Part shown: in pieces, positions 48,873 through 59,659 of the stretch
How the letters are laid out: the number at the start of each line of letters is the position of its first letter
How positions within the stretch are numbered: the first letter of the stretch is position 1
Assembly: GCF_004010195.1 (NCBI RefSeq)
Contig: NC_057759.1
Coordinates: 5,207,047 to 5,271,046, forward strand
Source: Chiloscyllium plagiosum
Taxonomy: Eukaryota
Length of the DNA: 64,000 bases
Direction: 5' to 3'
The notes under the pieces: generated by a model
What the model was told of the DNA's origin: nothing
Database searches by the model: none
Seen by the model: only the letters and a program-made list of their open reading frames with translations
Translations under genes and position numbers: made by a program

Positions 48873-51800
48873 GTCTGGTTTGTTTTCTTCGGTTCTTTTC
48901 CCCACTTCAGTCCATCATTTGAAATACAAAAGGAAATCTGTAATTCTTAGAAGTGGTGCATTCCATTAACAGGAAGCATAGAGGAGCTGGAGATTGTTTA
49001 AATTAAGAAGGACTATGAAAAGCTACGGGACTGTGGGATTTGGGAAGTACTTATCCTTGAATCACAAAAAAAACTTCCGCAAATTCAGTGGACTACAGAG
49101 AACATAAGTAGTCTTTATTTCAAAGGAAATGGAGTGTAAAAGATGGAGATTTTGTGAAAACTATACACCCAAGGCTAGGAGACTACAGCTAGGAGACAGT
49201 GAACAGTTTGGGCCCCATATCTAAGGAAGGGTAAACTGACATTGAAGGCAGTCCAGAGAAGATTCACTCAGCTGAGCCGTGTCTGATGAGGGACAGATTG
49301 AGCAGGTTGTGCCTGTCCACATTGGAGTTTCCAAGAAGGAGAGGGACCTTATCAAAGATTGTTCGAGGGTTCAAACAGCATAGATGTGGACGGAGGTTGT
49401 TTCCCCTTGCATCAGAGAGCCTGGGACCAGAGGGACATAGTTTCAGAATTAGGGGGAGGGGAGCAGGCACCCACTGACATGGAGATGAGTAGGAACTTTT
49501 TCTGTCCAAGAGGAGTTAGTTTGTGGAATTTCTTACTGCATGGGTCTGTTGAAGCTGGATCATTGAGTGTATCCAAGGATGAGATTTTTCTTTGGGAAGG
49601 TGAATCGAGGGTCATTGGGAAGAGTAACGTTGTGAATGCTCAGACTCATCGTGATCTCATTGAACGGTGGAGCAGAAACAATAGGCGGAATGGCCTAATT
49701 CTGATCCCACATTTCAAGAATTTGAGAATTTAAGTATCACAATACATTGTTCTGCTGAGGTAGCAGTCAGCGCCTGCTATGTACGGAACAGATACTGCTG
49801 AAATCAACTATTCTTTCTGTGCTGCAGCTAGTTAATATGTAGAAAGGAGAACCATTTCCTAATGTCCTGCATTGATTGTAGAAGAGAAACTGCCAAGTCA
49901 GGGTTATAAGAAAGGATTCAAAGAATGTATTACAGACAGGGTCTGAGAGTCTTAGAATCATAGAGTCATATATAGCACAGAAATAGATGCTTTGTTCCAA
50001 CGAGTTCATGCCGACCATAATCCCAAACTAAACTATACCCATCTGCCTGTGTTTGGTTCTTTTCCTTACAAACATATTTATTCATGTAATTGTCGAAATG
50101 TTTCTTAAATGTTGTAACTGTATCCACATCCATCACTTCCTCTGGAAGTTCATTCCACCCATGAATCTCTAAATGCGTATAAACAATTGCCCCTCATATA
50201 CTATTTAAATCTTTCTCCTCTCTTTATTAAAAAATATGCCTCCTAGTCTTGAAATCCCCCATCCTAGGTTAAAAAAAAGGACAACTGCCATTCACCTTAA
50301 CTATACCCATCATGATTTTATAAACCTCAATATCTCAACCTCCTACACTTCAGACTATCCAACCTCTCTTTCTAACTGAAACCTTCCGTTCCCAGCAATA
50401 TCCTGGTAAATATTTCTGAACCCTTTTCTGCTTAATAATATCTTTCCTAAAAGAGGTCAAACATAAGTGGACACAGTCCTCCAGAAGAGGCCTCACCAAC
50501 ATACTGTACAATCTCAACATGACGTACCAATTCCTATATGCAAAGGTCTGAGCAAGGAAGGCAAACATGGTAAATGCTACCTTAACCACCCTGTCTACCT
50601 GTGATGCAAATTTCAAAGAATTATGCACCTGACCTCCTAAGTCTCTCTGTTCAACTACACTATCTAAGGGCATAAACATTGCCCTTGTTTGTTTTACCAA
50701 ATTCAACACATCACATTTATCCAAATTAAACTCCATCTTCCACTCCTCAGCCCACTGACCCTTTTCAGCACCAGGGGGAGATTTGGAGTAGGAGTACTAG
50801 CTCCTTCGTTTTCCCGATATATATCAATAATGATTTGGATCTTGTAGGGCAGGGGGATCATTTCAAAGTTTGCAGATGGCACAAAACCTGCAAGAACCAT
50901 AAACTATAAGGAGAAATGATGGTGTGGAAATTCGATAGGGCATCAACAAATTGGTGGGCAGAGAGGTGGCAGATACAATTCAGTGTAAAGAGAAATATGA
51001 GGTGCTGCATTGGTGGGAAGGACGTTGAAAGACAATATAAAGAAGATAAATGCAATTCTGAAGAGGTTGGAGGAAAAGAGGGAGCTGGGGTGCATGTGCA
51101 AAGATCAGAGAAGGTAGCAGGAAAGGGGGAGCACAGTTAATAAAGCACATATTGCCTTTGACTTTATTAATAGAGGCTGCAGTTCTTTCTTGATTATATG
51201 TTTTTGGAGATAAGTCTCTTGATTAAACTTAAAATATAAGCCATAGCTTATAAGCCATTTAACCTGGGGCAATGATTGTAGAGGAATAAGACGGTGTTAT
51301 TTTCTGGGTCTGTAGATTGTGAAGGAGCAAAAATGGCCTTTGCAGTGATATGTACTTCTTGTCAGATGTGGGAGTTTAAAGAGAGTTTAAGGGTTACAGC
51401 GGATTATATCTGCCATAAATGTTGTTGGATGCAAATTTTATCAGATCGAGTGGATCGGTTGGAGAGACAAATAGAAGCGATGAGGAATTTGCAACAGCTA
51501 CAGTATGTGATGGATGGCAGTTATAGAAAGGGAGGAAAGTCTCAGATACAGTCACATAGATGGGTTAACTCCAGGAAGGGTAAGAGACGTAGGCAGCTAG
51601 AGCAGGAGTCTTTTGTGGACATACCCATTTCAAACAGGTATGCTGATTTGGAAAATGTAGGGGGTGATGGATTCTCAGGGGAACGTAGCACGAACAGCCA
51701 AGTTTCTGGTATTGAGACTGGCTCTAACACAACAAGGGGTATGTCAGCTTCCAAGAGATCAATTGTGTGAGGGGATTCTGTAGTCTGAGGTACAGACAGA

Positions 51801-53269
51801 TGTTTCTGTGGCCAGCAGAGAAAAAGCAGAATGGTGTGTTGTTTCCAGGATCAAAGATGTCTCAGAGAGGGTGCAGAATGTTCTCATGGAGGAGAGGGGG
51901 CAGCAAGAGGTCATTGTCCACATTGGAACCAACGACATTGGAAGGGAAAAGGTTGAGACTCTGAAGGGAGATTACAGAGAGTTAGGTAGAATTTTAAAAA
52001 GGAGGTCCTCGAGGGTAGTAATATCTGGATTACTTCCAGTGCTATGAACTAGTGAGGGCAGGAATAGGAGGATAGAGCAGATGAATGCATGGCTGAGGAG
52101 CTGGTGTATGGGAGAAGGATTCACAGTTTTGGATCATTGGAATCTCTTTTGGGGTAGAAGTGACCTGTACAAGAAGGACGGATTGCACCTGAATTGAAAG
52201 GGGACGAATATACTGGCAGGGAAATTTGCTAGAACTGCTTGGGAGGATTTAAACTAGTAAGGTGGGGGCATGGGACCCAGGGAGATAGTGAGGAAAGAGA
52301 TCGACCTGAGACAGGTACAGCTGAGAACAGAAGTGAGTCAAACAGTCATGGCAGGCAGGGACAAGGTAGGACTAATAAATTGAACTGTATTTATTTCAAT
52401 GCAAGGGGCCTAACAGGGAAAGCAGATGAACTCAGGGCATGGTTAGGAACATGGGACTGAGATATCATAGCAATTACGGAAACATGGCTCAGGGATGGGC
52501 AGGACTGGCAACTGAATGTTCCAGGATACAAATGCTACAGGAAGGATAGAAAGGGAGGCAAAAGAGGAGGGGGAGTGGCATTTTTGATAAGGGATGGCAT
52601 TACAGCTGTGCTAAGGGAGGATATTCCTGGAAATGCATCCAGGGAAGTTATTTGGGTGGAACTGAGAAATAAGAAAGGGATGATCACCTTATTGTGATAG
52701 TATTATAGACACCCCAATAGTCAGAGGGAAATTGAGAAACAAACTTGTAAGGAGATCTCAGCTATCTGTAAGAATAATAGGGTGGTTATGGGAGGGGATT
52801 TTAACTTTCCAAACATCAACTGGGACTGCCATAGTGTTAAAGGAGTAGATGGAGAGGAAATTCTTAAGTGTGTACAAGACAATTTTCTGATTCAATATGT
52901 GGATGTACCAACTAGAGAAGGTGCAAAACTTGACCTACGGGAAATAAGGCAGGGCAGGTGACTGAGGTGTCAGTGGGGGAGCACTTTGGGGCCAGTGACC
53001 ATAATTCTATTTGTTTTAAAATAGTGATGGAAAAGGATAGACCAGATCTAAAAGTTGATGTTCTAAATTGGAGAAAGGACAATTTTGATGGTATTAGGCA
53101 AGAACTTTCAAAAGCTGATTGAAGGCAGATATTTGCAGCTAAAGAGACGGTTGGAAAATGGGAAGCCTTCAGAAATGAGATAACAAGAATCCAGAGAAAG
53201 TATATTCCTGCCAGCGTGAAAGGGAAGGCTGGTAACTATAGGGAATGCTGGATGACTAAAGAAATTGAT

Positions 53270-53595
53270 GCCGCGGTGGGCGGCTCGGTGGCACAGTGGT
53301 TAGCACTGCTGCCTCACAGTGCCAGAGACCCGGGTTCAATTCCCGCCTCAGGCGACTGACTGTGTGGAGTTTGCACATTCTCCCCATGTCTGCGTGGGTT
53401 TCCTCCGGGTGCTCCGGTTTCCTCCCACAGTCCAAAAGATGTGCAGGTCAGGTGAATTGGACATGCTAAATTGCCCGTAGTGTTAGGTTAAAGGGGTAAA
53501 TGTAGGGGTATGGGTGGGTTGTGCTTCGTCGGGTCGGTGTGGACTTGTTGGGCCGAAGGGCCTGTTTCCACGCTGTAAGTAATCTAATCTAATCT
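53270..53595 (+). mobile_element. Full-length HE1-type SINE nested in the LINE
   Basis: tRNA-like head, HE1 body and (TAATC)n tail. Confidence 0.9.
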
Positions 53596-54419
53596 TTGGT
53601 TAAGAAAAAGAAGGAAGCATATGTAAAGGTATAGACAGGATAGATCGAGTGAATCCTTAAGGAAGTAGGAATATACTTTAGAGGGAAATCAGGAGGGTAA
53701 AACGAGGACATGAGATAGCTTTGGCGAATAGAATTAAGGAGATTCCAAAGGGGTTTTACAAATATATCAAGGACAAAAGGGTAACTAGGGAGAGAACAGG
53801 GCCCCTCAAAGATCAACAAGGCGGCCTTTGTGTGGAGCCACAGAAAATGGGGGAGATACTAAATAAATATTTTGCATCAGTATTTACTGAGAAAAGGATA
53901 TGGAAGATATAGAGTGTAGGGAAATAGATGGTGACATCTTGCAAAATGTCCAGATTACAGAGGTGGAAGTGCTGGATGTCTTAACGGTTAGAAGTGAATA
54001 AATCCCCAGAACTGATCAGGTGTACACGAGAACTCTGTGGGAAGCTAGAGAAGTATTTGCTGGGCCTCTTGCTGAGATATTTGTATCATCGATAGTCACA
54101 GGTGAGGTGCCGGAAGACTGGAGGCTGGCAAATGTGGTGCCATGTTTAAGAAGAGTGGTAAGGACAAGCCAGGGAACTATAGACCAGTTAGCCTGACCTC
54201 GGTGGTGGGCAAGTTGTTGGAGGGAATCCTGAGGGACAGGATGTACACGTATTTGGAAAGGCAAGGACTGATTCGGGATAGTCAACATGGCTTTGTGCGT
54301 GGGAAATCATGTCCCACAAACTTGAGTTTTTTGAAGAAGTAACAAAGAGGATTGATGAGGGCAGAGCAGTAGAGGTGATCTATATGGACTTCAGTAAGGC
54401 GTTCGACAAGGTTCCCCAT

Positions 54420-54965
54420 NNNNNNNNNNNNNNNNNNNNNNNNNNNNNNNNNNNNNNNNNNNNNNNNNNNNNNNNNNNNNNNNNNNNNNNNNNNNNNNNN
54501 NNNNNNNNNNNNNNNNNNNNNNNNNNNNNNNNNNNNNNNNNNNNNNGAGGTACAGTTAGTAGGTTTGCAGATGACACCAAAATTGGAGGTGTAGTGCACA
54601 GCGAAGAGGGTTACCTCAGATTACAACAGGATCTTGACCAGATTGGCCAATGGGCTGAGAAGTGGCAGATGGAGTTTAATTCAGATAAATGCGAGGTGCT
54701 GCATTTTGGGAAAGCAAATCTTAGCAGGACTTATACACTTAATGGTAAGGTCCTATGGAGTGTTGTGGAACAAAGAGACCTTGGAGTCTCTTTGTTCATA
54801 GCTCCTTGAAAGTGGAGTCGCAGGTAGATAGGGTAGTGAAGAAGGCGTTTGGTATGCTTTCCTTTATTGGTCAGAGTATTGAGTACAGGAGTTGGGAGGT
54901 CATGTTGCGGCTGTACAGGACATTGGNNNNNNNNNNNNNNNNNNNNNNNNNNNNNNNNNNNNNNN
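54420..54965. other. Two small assembly gaps (54420-54545 and 54927-54965) within the LINE
   Basis: N runs. Confidence 1.
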
Positions 54966-56323
54966 GGGGCTGTTTTCCCTGGAACGTCGGAGGCTGAAGG
55001 GTGACCTTATAGAGGTTTACAAAATTATGATGGACATGGATAGGATAAAAAAAAATGAAAACAAACTGCTGGTGCGCTCCCAGAGAGATAAACCTATGCC
55101 CTCTAGTTCTGGACTCCCCGACCCAGGGAAAAGATTTTGCCTGAGAGGGGAAAGATATAAAAGAGACCTAAGGGGCAACTTTTTCACGCAGTGGGTGGTA
55201 TGTGTATAGAATGAGCTGCCAGTGGATGTGGTGGAGGCTGGTACAATTGCAACATTTAAGAGGCATTTGGATGGGTATATGAATAGGAAGGGTTTGGAGG
55301 GATATGGGCCGGGTGCTGGCAGGTGGGACTAGATTGGGTTGGGATATCTGGTCAGCATGGACGAGTTGGACTGACGGGTCTGTTTCGATGCTGTACATCT
55401 CTATGACCCTAATAGGGGCAAAGAGTCTGAGAGCTGGGTAGTGACGTTGAATATCCACAAGACACCTGCTAGACCTCAGCTGGAGTATTGTGTACAGTTG
55501 TGGCATATTATAAGAACAGATTTGACATATTGGAATGTGGGAGTGGTTTGGGGAGCAGAGAAGGTTTTCCAGGCAAGGTTCCACGGATGAGAAACTTCAG
55601 CGCACAGGCCTCAATGAGGCATTATACTTTTCAGCCCATACAGACATGGTACATATATTAAACCATAAGCTTTGATTTAACTGAAATTGGGAAATAATCA
55701 GGAATTTGGTTTGAAATTGGAGCTGGTGTTTTTTTTTATATCAAAAGATTGCTTTGGTTCAGTTTTCATCTCTCTGGGAGCGCACCAGCAGTTTGTTTTC
55801 ATTTTTTTTTTAAATTTGTGAAGCCAGAACAGTTTGATATGGAAACTTAAAATTCTCAGAGGTGTAAGGTATATATAAAAAAAATGCTCTCACAAATCGT
55901 GAGAATGTCACACAATCAGAAACATTGATGAAACATAACATTAAAAAGACAAAAATGGAAGGAAGGAGCCAGTTAAGTAGAAAGCTGAAGAGTTGAGTGA
56001 GAATGCTAAGAACATAGAAAATAGGAGCAGGCGTAATTCAGCACCCTGTTACCCACTTTGACTGCTTTACTGTGACGAACAATATGTAAACCTAATGGGC
56101 GGGGTCTTATCTCCTGGGCATATCACAGACTAGTGATCGAGTGGGCCAGGGTAAAAATTCAAATTCCGCCCCCCAATCTTCTCCAGGAGAGCCGCTCGGT
56201 AACAGGGATCCAGTTTTAGTGCGATCTGGACTTGAGATGGTGTCTGTCGGACCCTCCCACCCAAGCCCCTTCCCATCATCAGAAGAGCCACTCTTGCAGC
56301 TTCTGCCTGTTCTTAGTCCTTTC

Positions 56324-57225
56324 AATAAACAATAGGTGTAGGAGTAGGCCATTCGGCCTTTCGAGCCAGCATTACCATTCATTATGATCATGGCTGACCA
56401 TCGTCAATCAGCATCCTGTTCCTGCCTTATCTCCATAACCCTGCACTCCACTGTCCTTAAGAGTTCTATCCAACTCTTTCTTGAAAGTACCCAGAGACCT
56501 GGCCTCCACAGCCTTCTGGGGCAGAGCATTCCACACACCCACCACTCTCTGGGTGAAGAAGTTTCTCCTCAACTCTGTTCTAAGTAGCCTTCCCCTTATT
56601 TTTAAACTGTGTCCTCTGGTTCGGGACTCCCCCATCAGCGGAAACATGCTTCCTGCCTCCAGAGTGTCCAATCCTTTAATAATCTTATATGTCTCAATCA
56701 GATCCCCTCTCAGCCTTCTAAAGTCAAGCGTATACAAGCCCAGTCGCTCCAATCTTTCAGCGTAAGATAGTCCCGCCATTCCGGGAATTGACCTCATGAA
56801 CCTCCGCTGCACTCCCTCAATAGCCAGAATGTCTTTCCTCAAATTTGGAGATCAAAATTGCACACAATATTCCAAGTGCAGTCTCACCAGGGCCCTGTAC
56901 AGCTGCAGAAGGACCTCTTTGCTTCTATACTCAATTCCTCTGGTTATGAAGGCCAGCATGCTATTAGCTTTCTTCACTGCCTGCTGTACCTGCATGCTTG
57001 CTTTCATTGACTGATATACAAGAACACCTAGATCTCGTTGTACTGCCCCTTTACCTAACTTGACTCCATTTAGGGAGTAATCTGCCTTCCTGTTCTTGCC
57101 ACCAAAGTGGATAACCACACATTTATCCACATTAAACTGCATCTGCCATGCATCCGTCCACTCACCTAGCCTGTCCAGGTCACCCTATATTCTCCTAACA
57201 TCCTCCTCACATTTCACCCTGCCAC
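56324..57225 (-). mobile_element. Young CR1 3' fragment specific to copy B
   Basis: Long open ORF2 C-terminus (RKDILAIEGVQRRFMRSIPG...; QFNVDKCVVIHFG); the paralogous site near 20425 is empty. Confidence 0.9.
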
Positions 57226-58427
57226 CCAGATCCCATTGCCACCAAAGTTTGGATAGGCAAGGGCATGTGGCTCACAATGTGGCAGAAAGGATTGGGAGTG
57301 AAGTGGACAAGATGGATGGAGGGCAGCATCAATCGAAGCAGTGAAGACCCACAAACCTTTGCACTTCACAGCTGCACAAGTGCTCGCCCAAGAGAAGACC
57401 AATATACTTGTTTTTCCCGACTATCCCTGGGAATTTGTATAAACATGCCCCAACACCTGGATGGGTGCATCTTGAGACAAAGAGATCAGTTCATCTAACA
57501 ACATGACTCACAGGATATTCTCAGGAGAATACTGTTACTGTAGGGTGTTGTATGTGTCGATGTGGAAGATTGGTATCTGTAATCCCCATCATGCTCCTTT
57601 TCAGCAGCCCCAATGATATAAGTCTTCCCCTTGAATTCTTTGCTAGTGTTGTTTACAATCCAGTTATAGCTCATCGAATGAAGCTCTCGATCTGCATTGC
57701 AGCTAAGAGTAATCCAGTCTCCAGTTAAGAATCTGTCCCACATTGGCTCCTTCATTAGCATGGGTGCTCCAGTTTCCACTGATGAACCTAACCCTCAGAG
57801 AAACACACACACTCAAGGGGGAAGAATTGAAATCACCTTAATGCAATAGCTTGCCACTCTGACAGCTCAAGCTGGCTTGGGCTGATGAGAGGTAAGTAAC
57901 ATTCTCACCTCACAAAATGTCAGGAAATGACCATCTCCAACAAGAAAGAATCTAACCATCACTCCATTGACATTCAAAAGTATTACCATCACTGATCCAA
58001 TCAATAGCAATATCCTGGGGGTTACCATTGAGAGAGAATCTTGCCATTGCCACTTGACATTCAATGGTGCTACTATCACTGAATCCGCTCAAAATCAATA
58101 TCCTGGAAGTGACCACTGAGACAGATTCTCACCATCACCCCTTGACATTCAATGGTATTACCATCACTGATTACCTGCACTATTAACATCCTGGGTGTTA
58201 CCATTGAAAGAGAATCGAACCATCATCCTTTGACATTCAATGGTGTACCATCAGTGAGTCCCTCTCACTATAAGCATTGGGGTGGGGGTGTAGGGTATTT
58301 ACAATTGAGAAATTAACCATCACCCCTTATTATTTAATAATGTTACTAACACTGAATCCCCCACTGGCAAAATCCTAGCAGTTACCATGGAGGGAAGATT
58401 GAACAATCGCCTCCTTGATGTTCAACG

Positions 58428-59290
58428 TGTGATGATGCTGACACTTTAAAAAATAGGTTATTTTGCCCTGGGTTTCTTTTATTTTGAAGCGAGAGTGCCA
58501 AGTCAGGCGTGCTCAAGTGTCTAGGTCAAAAGGTCTTTAGGTTTTTCTAAAACAAATGTTAACAATGGAAGGGGAGTCTAGATTGGAGTGGTGCTGGAAA
58601 AGCACAGCAGGTCAGGCAGCATCGAGGAGCAGGAAAATCGATATTTCGGGCAAAAGCTCTTCATCAGGCATAGGCCTCTATTCCTGATTAAGGGCTTTTG
58701 CCCGAAACGTCGATTTTCCTGCCCCCTCGGATGCTGCCTGACCTGCTGTGCTTTTCTTGCACCACTCGAATCTAGACTCTGGTTTCCAGCATCTGCAGTC
58801 CTTGTTTTTACCTCATGGAAGGGGAGTGGCTAGTTCTCCCAGACCAGGCTTCCTACATTTTTTTTCAATTGTAGCAGTCACAAGAAGGGTTGCAAGCTTC
58901 AGTAATTGACTTCCTCTGAGATCTCTCTTGTCGTTGTTCCCTCCTGAATTGGATTCATGCCTGTACGAATCTCTGTCTGAAGTTACCTTTTTGTCAAAGG
59001 ATGTATTATGAGATGTTCAAATATTGGAACAATAAATGAGTTAAGTTGCTGTATTGGGTTAGTTACATTTTCTAATAGTTGAGTTCCTCTAAATTCCCCT
59101 TTCTTTTGTTCATGTTTCAACTCTTGTGTTCAAATAAATTCTGCTTTGCTTAAAGCGAGTGGTTTAACCAATTTCATCACAATTGAAATGCCCACTTCAC
59201 ATCACCCTTTACAATAAGAAGGAAAAAACACAGGATCTCTAGGTTACCTTCTTAAAATGTTTGAAGTGGGTCTGGCCTGGTCCATATAAA
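58428..59290 (+). mobile_element. Probable solo LTR containing a Penelope-derived element (58578-58814, 13-bp TSD atggaaggggagt)
   Basis: Interrupts the LINE-derived tandem array, begins TG and has an internal AATAAA; the 3' end is imprecise. Confidence 0.5.
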
Positions 59291-59659
59291 ATTGCAGTAC
59301 CATCACTGAACTCCCTCTTCCCCACCGATCCATACCCAAGTAGTTACCATTTTGAGGGAGAATGTATCTATCGCCCCTTGAAACTCAATGGTGTCAGCAT
59401 CACTGAATTGCCCACCATCAACATCCTGGGGGTTACCATCGAGAGAGAATCAAACCATTAGCCCTTGGCATTGAAGGCTATTACCATGAGTGAATTCACC
59501 TCATTGTTAACAGCCTGGCAATTACATTAACCAGAAACAGAACTGGACTCGCCAGCTATGTGCAATGGCTACACGAGTAGGTCAGAGGCTGGGAAACCTG
59601 CAGTGAGTAACTCACCTCCTAACTCCCCCCAAAGCCTGTACACCATTAACAAGGCACAA

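Larger units (their letters stand above)
51178..55409 (+). mobile_element. Near-full-length CR1/HER1 LINE (ORF1 zinc finger/leucine zipper plus SGNH esterase; ORF2 APE plus RT), disrupted
   Basis: CTSCQMW..YICHKC..LERQI, IVHIGTNDI, YFNARGL, YMDFSKAFDKVPH and FADDTK motifs; TSD taatag(a/g)ggc at 51168-51177 and 55410-55419; the paralogous site near 19390 is empty. Confidence 0.92.

Noticed and set aside
53270..53345. tRNA-like sequence (also at 15720 and 15232)
   Set aside because: These are heads of tRNA-derived SINEs followed by SINE bodies, not tRNA genes
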